Positions 20,431 to 30,314 are shown, numbered from the stretch's first letter. The stretch is 64,000 bases of DNA from Thermodesulfobacteriota bacterium (GCA_040757625.1 JBFLWU010000017.1:13937-77936), one strand, 5' to 3'. Notes: generated by a model from the sequence alone, not told the origin. Program-made: numbers and translations.

Positions 20431-20470
20431 CAAGGGGAGGGACGCTTCAGTGTCCTTCCCCTTTTTTATT
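20431..20470 (+). terminator. Intrinsic terminator after pth
   Basis: AAGGGGAGGGAC-GCTTCAGT-GTCCTTCCCCTT followed by TTTTATT. Confidence 0.75.
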
Positions 20471-20474
20471 TTAA

Positions 20475-20503
20475 TTGATTATAGATTGTAAAAATGATAT
20501 AAA
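20475..20503 (+). promoter_or_regulatory. Sigma-70 promoter of carD
   Basis: TTGATT-17 nt-TATAAA with an extended TG. Confidence 0.5.
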
Positions 20504-20567
20504 ACCAAAATTGTGAATTTAAATTTGTCAGCGTACGATCAGGGTAATAATCGATAAAGGTAGACAG

Positions 20568-21113
20568 ATGATTGGAAAAATAACACAAAAGAAAATTTTA
20601 AATTCGAAGCATAAAGCCAGAGAATTTCAAGCCGGCGATCTTGCCGTTTACCCTGCTCATGGCGTCGGTCGCATTGAAGCGATTGAAAGCAGGGTGGTCA
20701 ACGGGGAAAAACACAATTTCTATATCATGAAGGTTCTTGAAAACAGCATGGTGATTATGATTCCCATCAACAATGTGGAATCGGTCGGCCTCAGAGACGT
20801 TATCGACAAGAAAGAGGTCCCCAAGGTGTATGAAGTGATGAAAAAGAGGGAAGACATCGCGGGAGAAAACCAGACCTGGAACCGCAGGTATAGAGAGTAC
20901 ATGGATAAAATCAAAACCGGCTCTCCTTATGAGGTGGCGGAAGTGTTCAGGGACCTCTACCTGCTGAAGCTGACAAAGGACCTTTCTTTCGGCGAACGCA
21001 AACTTTACGACACCGCCCAGGGCCTGCTGGTCAGGGAACTGTCCACCGCCAAAAATACAGACGAGAAAACCATTATTTCCGAGATCAACTCATTATTTGC
21101 CGCCGACAAATAA
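20568..21113 (+). CDS. carD: CarD-family transcriptional regulator
   Basis: VYPAHGVG, VGLR, WNRRYR, LSFGE. Confidence 0.93.
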   Translation: MIGKITQKKILNSKHKAREFQAGDLAVYPAHGVGRIEAIESRVVNGEKHNFYIMKVLENSMVIMIPINNVESVGLRDVIDKKEVPKVYEVMKKREDIAGENQTWNRRYREYMDKIKTGSPYEVAEVFRDLYLLKLTKDLSFGERKLYDTAQGLLVRELSTAKNTDEKTIISEINSLFAADK

Positions 21114-21123
21114 CTTTTCAAAA

Positions 21124-22092
21124 ATGACAACCGACCGGGATGCTTTTGCCTTTGTCGTTGAAGGAATCGATTCCGGCAAGCGCCTGGACGTTCTGGTCGC
21201 CTCACGCCTTTCCCATCTCTCCCGCTCGTTTTTAGCTAATCTGATAAACCAAGGCTGGATAACGGTTCAGGGGAAAATAAAGAAACCGGGTTACCGGGTC
21301 AAAAGCGGTGACCGGGTCGAAGGCCGCATCCCTCCGCCGGAGCCGCTGACATATAGGGCCGAACCCATACCGATTGAAATTCTGTTTGAAGATGAGCAGA
21401 TCGTTGTCATCAACAAGCAGCCGGGTCTTGTGGTCCACCCGGCGCCGGGCCATTACAGCGGCACCCTGGTCAACGCCCTGCTGCATCATTGTCCCTCCCT
21501 GGACGGCATCGGCGGAAAAATCCGGCCGGGTATCGTTCATCGGCTCGATAAAGACACCTCCGGTGTACTGGTGGTAGCCAAGAACGATGCCGCCCATCAG
21601 CACCTGACCCGGCAGTTCAAGTCCCGGAAAGTCAAAAAGCGTTATCTTGCTCTGGTTCACGGCCAGGTTGCACAAGACAGCGGAACGGTGGCGCTTTCCA
21701 TCGGCCGGCATCCGGTCGATCGCAAAAAGATGTCCACCCGGAGCCGCAAGGCGCGGGGAGCTGAAACCCGCTGGGAAGCCAGGGAGCGCTTTGAAGGCGC
21801 CACCCTGCTGGAGCTGGACCTGAAAACCGGACGAACCCATCAGATTCGGGTGCATTGCGCCGCCATCGGGCATCCGGTCGTGGGCGACGCCGTTTACGGC
21901 GGCCGCCGGCGTCTGGAGTTGCCGGGAAAAGAGGCTTTGCCGCAGATAAAGATCACCCGACAAATGCTGCATGCCCAATGCCTTGAGCTCGCCCATCCGG
22001 CAGACGAACGGCCGATATCGTTTGAGGCGCCCCTGCCGGCCGACATGTCCGGGTTGCTAGAATATCTTCGAAACATGACTACGCTGCATTAA
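21124..22092 (+). CDS. rluD: RluA/RluD-family 23S rRNA pseudouridine synthase
   Basis: S4 domain, NKQPGLVVHP, HRLDKDTSG, TGRTHQIRVH. ATG 21124 follows the carD stop. Confidence 0.9.
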   Translation: MTTDRDAFAFVVEGIDSGKRLDVLVASRLSHLSRSFLANLINQGWITVQGKIKKPGYRVKSGDRVEGRIPPPEPLTYRAEPIPIEILFEDEQIVVINKQPGLVVHPAPGHYSGTLVNALLHHCPSLDGIGGKIRPGIVHRLDKDTSGVLVVAKNDAAHQHLTRQFKSRKVKKRYLALVHGQVAQDSGTVALSIGRHPVDRKKMSTRSRKARGAETRWEARERFEGATLLELDLKTGRTHQIRVHCAAIGHPVVGDAVYGGRRRLELPGKEALPQIKITRQMLHAQCLELAHPADERPISFEAPLPADMSGLLEYLRNMTTLH

Positions 22093-22162
22093 TTTTGAAG
22101 GCTTACCGGATGGTTCAGATTATAACCCCGTGGGCTAACCGGTTATATTTTGTTCGAAAGAA

Positions 22163-22206
22163 AAGAGCCGGAACCGGAAGCAATTTAGCAACCGGTTCCG
22201 GCTCTT
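22163..22206. terminator. Terminator hairpin between convergent rluD and rnfB
   Basis: AAGAGCCGGAACCGG...CCGGTTCCGGCTCTT. Confidence 0.7.
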
Positions 22207-22241
22207 CATATGATTAGGCTGTTCAGGCAAAGGATTTGACG

Positions 22242-24311
22242 TCAGGCCGCGGCTTTGTCCCTGTTGTAACACAGTCGGCAGCAGGACAGGCAGCGGTCGG
22301 CTTCTCCAAGAGCAGCGTCTTCGCTCAATACCAGGTCGGCCTCCGCAAAGGACTTGATGCGTTCAGATACCGGCAGCTCAGGCATTTTGGCCCGGGGTGA
22401 CGATATGATCCCCGGAACGGTCTTGAAAAGCGATTCCGGAATGTGTTTCTTGCGCAGCGATTTGAGGACGGCCGCGACTTCCTCGCCGGACAGGAACCGG
22501 TGAATCGAGCGGGCCGCCCGACGGCCGCCGCCGATGGCTTCCACCACCAGGGAGGCGCCGGTGGCGGCGTCGCCGCCGGTAAAGATATTGGGGATGTTGG
22601 CCTGCAGCGTTTCCGGATCGGCGTCGATGGTGTTCCAGCGGGTGATTTTAAGTTCTTCAAGGCCCTTGTCGGTTTTAACAAAACCCACATCCGGACCCTG
22701 GCCGATGGCGGTAATCAGCATGTCGACCTCAAGCAGGGTTTCGGAACCTTCGATGGGCACGGGTCGGCGCCGGCCGCTGCTATCCGGTTCGCCCAGCTCC
22801 ATTTTAAGGTATTCCAGATGCGTCACGTTTTTCTGGTCGTCCCCGACGACGCGCACCGGGGCCGCCAGAAAATGGAACTTAACGCCCTCGTGTTCGGCGG
22901 CGACGATTTCGACTTCGTTGGCAGGCATTTCCGTGCGGGTGCGGCGATAGACGATGGTGACTTCCTCGGCGCCCAGGCGCACCAGCGTGCGTACGCAGTC
23001 GATGGCGGTGTTGCCGCCGCCGATGACGGCGCACTTGCGGCCGATGGGAACTTTTTCGCCCAGGCCGATTCTGGCCAGAAAGTCGATGCCGGTATAGCAG
23101 CCGCCGAGGTCTTCGCCTTCCACCTTCAAGGCATAGTCCTGCCAGGCGCCGATTCCCAGGAAAACAGCGTCGTAGCCTTCATCCAAGAGGGATTTCAGGG
23201 TAAAATCGCGTCCCAGCTTCACATCGGTTTTGGCCTGTACGCCTAGATCCAAAATGCCTTCGATTTCCCAGTCCAGCACCTTTTTGGGCAGCCGGTATTC
23301 AGGGATGCCATAGCGGATCATGCCGCCGAGTTTCGGCATGGCTTCAAAGATGGTAACGCCGTGTCCGACCCGGCGCAGAAAATAGGCGCAGCTCAACCCG
23401 GCGGGGCCGCCGCCGATGACCGCAACTTTTTTGCCGGTATCCGGCGCGCAGCTGATGGAATAGCGCCGGCCGGAATTCATTTCAAAATCGGCGGCAAAGC
23501 GCTTGAGCTGGTTGATGGACACCGGTTCGTCCTCGATTCCCCGGCGACAGTAGCTCTCACAGGGGTGCGGGCAGACCCGGCCGCAGGCCAACAGGAGCGG
23601 GTTGCGCTTGCGGATGGTATCCACGGCACCCTTGTAATCGCCGGCCTTGATCCGGGCGATATATTCCGGGATGTCGATTTCTGCCGGGCAGGTCTGCTGG
23701 CAGGGCGCCAGGGCCTGGTCTTCCTGGTTGAGCTGCAGCAGGCGCTCGGACATGGTTTTAACATCCAGGATGTTTTTCGGGCAAACCTTTTCACAGGCGC
23801 CGCAGCCGACGCATTTTTCTTCGTTCACCACCGGATAGCCGTCCGGGCCCATGGAGATCGCGTTGAAAATACAGGATTTGACGCAGTCGCCCAATCCCAG
23901 GCACCCGACGCGGCACTCGCGCTTGCCGCCGTAAACTGCGGCAAGGGCCCGGCAGCTGTTGACGCCCATATAATAAAATTTATCATCGGCCCGCTTGCCG
24001 CCGTCGCAACTGTTCAGGGATTTAAGGGGTTCGACCGATCCGGGGTCCAGCCCCATAACCCGGGCGACATTGGCGGCCGATTCCATCCCCCCCACCATGC
24101 AGACGCTGGGCTTGGCCTTGCCCCCCACCACCGCGGCCGCGGCCGCGCTGCAGCCGGCATAGCCGCAGCCGCCGCAGTTGGCGCCGGCCAGAAAGTTTTC
24201 AACTTCAGCGATGCGGGGATCTTCATAAACATAGAATACTTTAGAAGCGACGCCTAAGAGCGAGCCGCAGGCCGCTCCCAGGATCAGCATGAAAAGAATG
24301 GCTTCGGTCAC
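22242..24311 (-). CDS. rnfB: RnfB fused to a GltD/NfnB-like FAD/NAD(P) oxidoreductase
   Basis: TM helix, GANCGGCGYAGC, CLGLGDC, CVGCGACEKVCP, then PCQQTCP, CGRVCPHPCESYC, GGGPAG, YGIPEYRLP, GGGNTAID, VYRR. Confidence 0.9.
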   Translation of the reverse strand: MTEAILFMLILGAACGSLLGVASKVFYVYEDPRIAEVENFLAGANCGGCGYAGCSAAAAAVVGGKAKPSVCMVGGMESAANVARVMGLDPGSVEPLKSLNSCDGGKRADDKFYYMGVNSCRALAAVYGGKRECRVGCLGLGDCVKSCIFNAISMGPDGYPVVNEEKCVGCGACEKVCPKNILDVKTMSERLLQLNQEDQALAPCQQTCPAEIDIPEYIARIKAGDYKGAVDTIRKRNPLLLACGRVCPHPCESYCRRGIEDEPVSINQLKRFAADFEMNSGRRYSISCAPDTGKKVAVIGGGPAGLSCAYFLRRVGHGVTIFEAMPKLGGMIRYGIPEYRLPKKVLDWEIEGILDLGVQAKTDVKLGRDFTLKSLLDEGYDAVFLGIGAWQDYALKVEGEDLGGCYTGIDFLARIGLGEKVPIGRKCAVIGGGNTAIDCVRTLVRLGAEEVTIVYRRTRTEMPANEVEIVAAEHEGVKFHFLAAPVRVVGDDQKNVTHLEYLKMELGEPDSSGRRRPVPIEGSETLLEVDMLITAIGQGPDVGFVKTDKGLEELKITRWNTIDADPETLQANIPNIFTGGDAATGASLVVEAIGGGRRAARSIHRFLSGEEVAAVLKSLRKKHIPESLFKTVPGIISSPRAKMPELPVSERIKSFAEADLVLSEDAALGEADRCLSCCRLCYNRDKAAA

Positions 24312-24359
24312 AATTTCCTCCCTGAACAGACGACAACCGGTCGCTTTGAAAAACTATTA

Positions 24360-24935
24360 TTAGACCATCCCCTTGAAGGCGAAAAACGCAAGGGAGCACA
24401 TCCCGGCCGTAACAAGACCAATGGAAGTGTCCTGCAGGGGTTTCGGCACCCGGGACAGCAGGATGCGCTCGCGGATGCCCGCAAACAGGATCAGCGCCAG
24501 CCCGAACCCTGAAGAATATCCGAAAGAGGACACCAGGCACTCAATGAAGCTGTAGTCTTCGTTGACGTTGATCAGACATACGCCAAGAACCGCACAGTTG
24601 GTGGTGATCAGCGGCAGGAAGATGCCCAGCCCGGCATACAGCGCCGGTATGCTCTTTTTCAGGAACATCTCGACAAACTGCACAAGGGCTGCAATGATAA
24701 GGATAAACGACATCGTCCGTAAATACTCCAGCCCGAATTTTTTCAGGATAAACATCTCGGTAAGCCATGTGGCGGCGCCTGCGAGCACCAGCACAAATAC
24801 AACCGCCATGGCCATGCCCACCGCCGTCTCCATTTTCTTTGATGTTCCCAGAAAAGGACAGTTGCCCAGATATTGCATCAACAGAATATTGTTGGTCAGG
24901 ATGCAGCTGATCGCCAGTAACAGGTAATTGCTCAT
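24360..24935 (-). CDS. rnfA: Rnf subunit A
   Basis: YLGNCPFLG, LGIFLPLITTNCAVLG. Confidence 0.92.
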   Translation of the reverse strand: MSNYLLLAISCILTNNILLMQYLGNCPFLGTSKKMETAVGMAMAVVFVLVLAGAATWLTEMFILKKFGLEYLRTMSFILIIAALVQFVEMFLKKSIPALYAGLGIFLPLITTNCAVLGVCLINVNEDYSFIECLVSSFGYSSGFGLALILFAGIRERILLSRVPKPLQDTSIGLVTAGMCSLAFFAFKGMV

Positions 24936-24944
24936 AAGATGCTC

Positions 24945-25538
24945 CTATTTTTTTCCAATGAAATTCATGACGCAGAGCAGGAGACCGAGGCAAACGAAGG
25001 CGCCCGGCGCTTCGATCATGAAATTAAAGGGCTGGAATGAAGGCCCGAAAACCGAATGCCCGTAAAACGTTCCGCTTCCAAAAACCTCCCGGATGGAGGC
25101 AAGAACCGTCAACGACATGGCATAGCCGATTCCCAAACCCAGTCCGTCGGCAAAAGAAGGAATAATCCCGTTTTTATAGGCAAAGGCTTCAGCCCTGCCA
25201 AGCGGAATACAGTTGACGACAATGAGGGGTATGAATATTCCCAGTTTTAAAAACAGGGGATAGGTATAGGCCTGCATGAGAAGCTCAACAACCGTAACAA
25301 ATGTTGCAACAACGATAATAAAGCACGCGATCCTTACTTTGGAAGGGATGACCTTGCGCAGCATCGCGACAAGGATATTCGAGCCGACCAGAACAAAAAT
25401 AACGGCAATACCCATACCGATGGCATTTTCAACCGTTTTTGTGACTGCAAGGGTCGGACAAAGACCCAGCACCAGTCGAAACGGCGGTATTTCTTTCCAC
25501 AACCCTTTGGTGAATTCCTGAACAATCGTCTTTGCCAT
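24945..25538 (-). CDS. rnfE: Rnf subunit E
   Basis: LGLCPTLAVT, FIPLIVVNC, GRAEAFA. Confidence 0.92.
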   Translation of the reverse strand: MAKTIVQEFTKGLWKEIPPFRLVLGLCPTLAVTKTVENAIGMGIAVIFVLVGSNILVAMLRKVIPSKVRIACFIIVVATFVTVVELLMQAYTYPLFLKLGIFIPLIVVNCIPLGRAEAFAYKNGIIPSFADGLGLGIGYAMSLTVLASIREVFGSGTFYGHSVFGPSFQPFNFMIEAPGAFVCLGLLLCVMNFIGKK

Positions 25539-25562
25539 TTTGATCTCCCTGTTGATACGGCC

Positions 25563-26156
25563 TTATTTGGCGACACTTTTCAACTTTTCAGTAAGCTGGG
25601 GCTTCAACCGTTTATATGCTTCCCCGGCATCCGTCAGCGCTGCGGAAACGCCGCGGGACGTTTGGGTGGCGCCGCTGACCGCGTCCACCTGTCCGCCGTC
25701 GGCTTTGACCTTATAAGGGTCCCCCAAAGGAAGACCTTTGAACTGGGCCGCAAAAGCCGGATCTGTTTTTGCACGGGAACCGACGCCGGGGGTTTCACTG
25801 TGGGTGGTGATGCCGATGCCGACGATTTTGTCGTCCTTGGTGTTGACGCCGACCATGACGCCCAGATCGCCGCCAAACCCCTTGCCGAAACTTTCAAAGG
25901 CGACGGTATTGGCTTCGCCGTTAAAAATACCGACAAAAAAACTTTTTTCAACGCCGGCGTCTTTCAGTTTAAACCGGTTGGCGATGGGGTCGTTGGACGC
26001 GCCCTGAAGGATCGCATTGATGGCCGGGCCCTTGACGAATTTGAGCTGCTGGTTGTCGATTTTCTCCTGGGTCCCGTTCCTGAGCGCTGCAAGCAGCCCG
26101 CCGGAAAAGGAGCATAAGACCGTCAAGACGATAATCATTTTTAGCATTTCACGCAT
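25563..26156 (-). CDS. rnfG: Rnf subunit G
   Basis: TM anchor, HSETPGVG, FMN site DAVSGAT. Confidence 0.92.
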   Translation of the reverse strand: MREMLKMIIVLTVLCSFSGGLLAALRNGTQEKIDNQQLKFVKGPAINAILQGASNDPIANRFKLKDAGVEKSFFVGIFNGEANTVAFESFGKGFGGDLGVMVGVNTKDDKIVGIGITTHSETPGVGSRAKTDPAFAAQFKGLPLGDPYKVKADGGQVDAVSGATQTSRGVSAALTDAGEAYKRLKPQLTEKLKSVAK

Positions 26157-27117
26157 GGCTGTTGACCTTTCCTAAAGCTTTAGGCCGAATCTTGTCCAGA
26201 AGCGGATTGGCAAGATTCATGAGAAGAATTGCAAAAACCACCCCATCGGCATGGCCGCCGATATTCCGGATGAGCATGATCAAGACTCCCGCGCCCGCTC
26301 CGTATATGAGCATGGGAATGAAATTGACAGGAGACGACGAGTCTTCCGTGGCAAGGAAAAAAGCCCCCAAAATCGTATTGCCGGTTAAAAGATGAAATAC
26401 AGGGCCGGCGAAGCGGCCGGAATTGGTCAGGTGGAAAACAAGCGCGGTGATGAAGATCGCTGCAAGAAACGAAAAGGATATCTCCCAGCGGATGAAACCT
26501 CTCAGGATCAAGTAGAGCCCGCCCAGGATGAGCCCCAGTCCGAAAGTCGCCCCGAGTCCGCCGGACTGGCGGCCCAGCAAGAGGTCTCCCGCACTGAAAG
26601 AGGCGGCCGCGGCCGAGCCGATTCTTTTTACGGCGGCCAGGGGATAAGCCATGTTAAAATCAAAATTAAAATTGAGCAGGGCCTGGTCGAAATTCATAAA
26701 ACCCTTCCAGGAGAGCGTCAGGATGGCGATTGCCACCAGGGCCGGGTTAAACGGGTTGGCGCCGATGCCGCCATAGATATGCTTGCCGACGACGATGGCC
26801 ACAAAGGTGCCGGTGATCACCAGCCACCAGGGGGAAGACGCCGGCAGCAGCATGGCAAACAGCATGCCGATCAGCGCCGCATTGCCGTCCGTGATGGTGA
26901 CGGGGCGTTTCGTTGCGCGGTTCATCAGCAGTTCCCAGAAGATCGCAGAGGAAACGGACAGCGACACCACCGCCAGGGCCGGCATGCCATACTGAATGAT
27001 GCCGAACAGTACGGCCGGCAGGGTCGCCAACAAAATGTTGTAATAGCGTATGGACACCTTGCTTTCATCGTGCCAGAAAGGCGCATGTGAAACGATGAAT
27101 TTCTTCTGGTTAAACAT
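26149..27117 (-). CDS. rnfD: Rnf subunit D (FMN-Thr motif degenerate)
   Basis: GGIGANPFNPAL, GAFFLATE, DGVVFAILLMN. Confidence 0.9.
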   Translation of the reverse strand: MFNQKKFIVSHAPFWHDESKVSIRYYNILLATLPAVLFGIIQYGMPALAVVSLSVSSAIFWELLMNRATKRPVTITDGNAALIGMLFAMLLPASSPWWLVITGTFVAIVVGKHIYGGIGANPFNPALVAIAILTLSWKGFMNFDQALLNFNFDFNMAYPLAAVKRIGSAAAASFSAGDLLLGRQSGGLGATFGLGLILGGLYLILRGFIRWEISFSFLAAIFITALVFHLTNSGRFAGPVFHLLTGNTILGAFFLATEDSSSPVNFIPMLIYGAGAGVLIMLIRNIGGHADGVVFAILLMNLANPLLDKIRPKALGKVNSHA

Positions 27118-28393
27118 TCGTTACCTCCGCGGTTTCGATTCGACCGAGCTCAAATTTTGCCAGCCGGATATATTGAAAGATCGGCATTCGGGAAACACAG
27201 ACATAACTGCACAATCCGCATTCAAAGCAGGAATAAAGGTCGTACAAATCGGCGGCTTCCTGGTATTGTCCGGCCTCCAGAAAGCGGACCAGCATGTTGA
27301 CCGGGATCCTGGCCGGGCAGATTCGGATGCATTCTCCACAATTGATGCAGGGATAATCGGAAACAAAGGGGATGCCCGCTTTATCCTGGATCATGAGAGC
27401 GTCGGTATCCGGCCGGACCGGGGTATCCAGGGTAAAGATCGATACCCCCATCATGGGGCCGCCCAGAATGACGCGGTCCATTTCATTAACGGTTTCTCCG
27501 ACCGTCTTTACAATCTCTTTAATCGGGGTGCCGATTCTGGCGGATACCAGAACTTTGCCCCCGTCTTTTTTAATGACCGTCAAGAGTTTCTGAAAGGGAA
27601 TTTTGCCTGTTTCGTAAGCACGTCCGATGGATGCCACGGCCTCGGCATTTATCATCGCAACTCCCAGATCTTCCGCGGCTTTTCCGGCCGGGATCACCTT
27701 TCCCAGGACGTCTTTGAGGATCATATGCGGCAGCGCCGAAGGATAGGTCGGTGCAATGAATTTTACCTCCGCCCCAATGGAACCATACCCGCCCATAATG
27801 TTTACCGGAACGACCATAATAACGGCTTCAATACCGGTAATTTTTTTCAATACCGCAATCCCATGGGCTATGGCGTCGATCCGGGACTGGACCACACATT
27901 GATGCGTGGCCACCAGCAAATCCCTGTCGGCGCCGTTAATAACGATGGTGTGGATCGGTTTGTCGGGATCGCCGAAAAGCTTCAAGGGCGGGCAGCCGGG
28001 AACGCCGGCCAGAAAACCGGCGGCGGAATCCAGGGTCGGTTCCTGGGCTGCGGCGGCAAACTGGTCGTCCGGATCTTCAGCTTTGGAGGTATTGATCGTA
28101 ATGGCTGTGCCCACCTGGCCCGCTTCTCCCCGGAAGGGCGCCACGCCGGAGATGGTTCCGGTTGCCGGTGAAATGGCGTATGCGTCGCCGCCTGCGACAA
28201 GGGTCAATTTCTGTCCGGTTTTAACCGCATCGCCGATTTTGGGTAAAATCGCATTTTTCCCATCGGCAGCGCCATCCAGGATCAGCGTCACTTGGGGCGG
28301 CAGGGGAATATTGATCGGTTCGGGAAGTCTGCCCTCTAAGGGAATGTATTGGATCCGGGGTGTCGTCAAACCGCCAAATAATTTTTTCAGCAT
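27110..28393 (-). CDS. rnfC: Rnf subunit C (divergent)
   Basis: SPATGTI, RIGTP, GGPMMG, CINCGECIRICP, CFECGLCSYVC. Confidence 0.87.
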   Translation of the reverse strand: MLKKLFGGLTTPRIQYIPLEGRLPEPINIPLPPQVTLILDGAADGKNAILPKIGDAVKTGQKLTLVAGGDAYAISPATGTISGVAPFRGEAGQVGTAITINTSKAEDPDDQFAAAAQEPTLDSAAGFLAGVPGCPPLKLFGDPDKPIHTIVINGADRDLLVATHQCVVQSRIDAIAHGIAVLKKITGIEAVIMVVPVNIMGGYGSIGAEVKFIAPTYPSALPHMILKDVLGKVIPAGKAAEDLGVAMINAEAVASIGRAYETGKIPFQKLLTVIKKDGGKVLVSARIGTPIKEIVKTVGETVNEMDRVILGGPMMGVSIFTLDTPVRPDTDALMIQDKAGIPFVSDYPCINCGECIRICPARIPVNMLVRFLEAGQYQEAADLYDLYSCFECGLCSYVCVSRMPIFQYIRLAKFELGRIETAEVTNV

Positions 28394-28459
28394 GGTCTCA
28401 ACCTTCTACTTTATCGGTGATAATTTTAAGTGAGCTTCATAACCAATGAGGCAATTCGT

Positions 28460-28840
28460 CTAAGGAACATGACAGGATGCGCATTCCTGAGGGCCGGCTT
28501 CAATCTGCGTGTGGCACTCAATGCACTGCTTGTGAAACGCATCCGACCGTTTGGGCACGCTGGCATCATCGCTTTCCGGTTCGTGGCACTGGAGACATGA
28601 GGGCGCCTCTGTTTCGCCTTCTTCCAGGGTATGGTGACAATCGCGGCAGGAAAGGCCGTAGCCGGAAGCGTCTGTATGGGTCTTGTGGTCAAACAGAACC
28701 GTGCCGGCAATGCCCTGAAACATGATCCTGACCGGGCGCTCCGGCGTTTTTGCGGGAAACGCGGCATAACTGATCACACCCACAATGAACAAAACGATAG
28801 CCAATCCATAAGCTGTCTGCAGCTCTTTTTTTGAAACCAT
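28460..28840 (-). CDS. Tetraheme cytochrome c3-family protein with N-terminal anchor/signal
   Basis: Four CxxCH motifs (CRDCH, CLQCH, CIECH, CASCH), VLFDHKTH, AFHKQC. Confidence 0.9.
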   Translation of the reverse strand: MVSKKELQTAYGLAIVLFIVGVISYAAFPAKTPERPVRIMFQGIAGTVLFDHKTHTDASGYGLSCRDCHHTLEEGETEAPSCLQCHEPESDDASVPKRSDAFHKQCIECHTQIEAGPQECASCHVP

Positions 28841-28954
28841 CTAAACAAGTCCTTTCACAGTTTTTGTTATTGACCAAGCCGTGGGCGCAAAACAAAAATC
28901 AAAGAAGTCGGTTAACACAATGCCAATAGGCTTTCAAGCATTTTTTAAATCGTC

Positions 28955-29914
28955 TTAAAAGGCAAATCGCAGGGAAAGCCGGATGGATGATGACTGGGGA
29001 TCGCCGGAAAGGTCGATTTTCGTGTTTTTTTTCAAATTTTCAATAAATCCTTCTGTTTTTGTGCGATTGAACTTGTGGGCGCTGCCGACGGCGCCATAGA
29101 TGTTGCCGGCGTAGAATCCCACTTCAACAAAGGTGAGAAGCGCACCCAGGGCTTTGTTGTCGTTGTCGAAGGCTTCATATCCCGCCCAGATTAAAGCGCC
29201 GTTGAGTAAAAACGCGATCAGGGCATCCTGATAGCGTTCGCAGTAAAGGAAACCGCCGCCCGGGACAATCGAGAGGGCGCCTGCCAGAACGGGGCTTTTT
29301 GCGGCGATGCCGGCTCTCTGCGACAGTTCCGCCGAGAGGCGTTCCAGTCTGAATTTTTCCCGGTTGGCAGAACTTATTTTTTCAAAGTATATCCGGGCAT
29401 TATCCCATGAGGCCGTTTCGATGTAAATCCAGCCGAGACGGTAGAAGGCTTCATCCCTGACATCGACAGCCTTGGACAGGGTAATCAGATTATGCAGGGT
29501 GATCACGGCAGCCCCGAACTGGTTGAGATGAATCTGGCTTTCACTGACCATCAAATAGGATTTGACGGCCCATGGGGTGTCTGTAAATTTTTCAATCACC
29601 TCATTAAAGGAAGCGGCGGCATCCGCATACCGCCGGTCCAAATAGAAAGACATGCCACACTGATACATGGCCTGGGCAAGGCGGCCGTCATCGGGAAAAA
29701 AATAGATAAAGCGCTTGTATTCGTCTACGGCCCTGGAATATTCGCCCGTTGAGAAATAACGCTCGGCAAAACGGTACTGGGCATCGGCGTCAATCTGAAC
29801 GACCGCTCCGGCAGCATGGGATAAGACGGGGGTCCAGAGCAGAAATGCGCAGAGCAGCCCACGGCTGGTCAGCCGGAAGGGATAACTGAACAAAGCGGCG
29901 ATTCGTCGAAGCAT
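28955..29914 (-). CDS. Exported TPR (BamD-like) protein with C-terminal hydrophobic segments
   Basis: Signal peptide, TPR-like repeats (AVDEYKRFIYFFP), KSPVLAGALSIVPGGG motif. The start could be 29935. Confidence 0.7.
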   Translation of the reverse strand: MLRRIAALFSYPFRLTSRGLLCAFLLWTPVLSHAAGAVVQIDADAQYRFAERYFSTGEYSRAVDEYKRFIYFFPDDGRLAQAMYQCGMSFYLDRRYADAAASFNEVIEKFTDTPWAVKSYLMVSESQIHLNQFGAAVITLHNLITLSKAVDVRDEAFYRLGWIYIETASWDNARIYFEKISSANREKFRLERLSAELSQRAGIAAKSPVLAGALSIVPGGGFLYCERYQDALIAFLLNGALIWAGYEAFDNDNKALGALLTFVEVGFYAGNIYGAVGSAHKFNRTKTEGFIENLKKNTKIDLSGDPQSSSIRLSLRFAF

Positions 29915-29918
29915 CTTG

Positions 29919-30314
29919 TTACCACCAGAAATCATTGTTGTCGACGGGGTCGTAGCTGCGTTTGCGGCCGTCTATCATAACCGTGTCCGACAACCGAAGC
30001 TCATCCCGGCCGCAGCGCATCAGGCGGTCGCTGGTCATGATCCAACCCTTTAAAAAACCATGTTTTTGAATTGCCTGGGCGCTGTATTGCGAGCAGGTGG
30101 GGAACATGGGGCAGCGGTCTCCGTCGGCCCGGGAGATGATATCGGTTATAAAGCGGAGGGGATTAAGGACCGGATTTGATTCGTTCGCACGGACCGTCCG
30201 GGGGACGTCTCCGACAGGCGGGGGAAGGGCATCCTGGGCCCCGGCAAATCCCGTTTGACAGAGGACGATTACAAAGAAAAGGATAACGGAAATAACGGGT
30301 TGGATGCTTTTCAT
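29919..30314 (-). CDS. yidD: YidD-family (membrane protein insertion efficiency factor) protein with signal peptide
   Basis: RCPMFPTCSQYSAQAIQKHG..KG....DRLMRC, YDPV. Confidence 0.8.
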   Translation of the reverse strand: MKSIQPVISVILFFVIVLCQTGFAGAQDALPPPVGDVPRTVRANESNPVLNPLRFITDIISRADGDRCPMFPTCSQYSAQAIQKHGFLKGWIMTSDRLMRCGRDELRLSDTVMIDGRKRSYDPVDNNDFWW

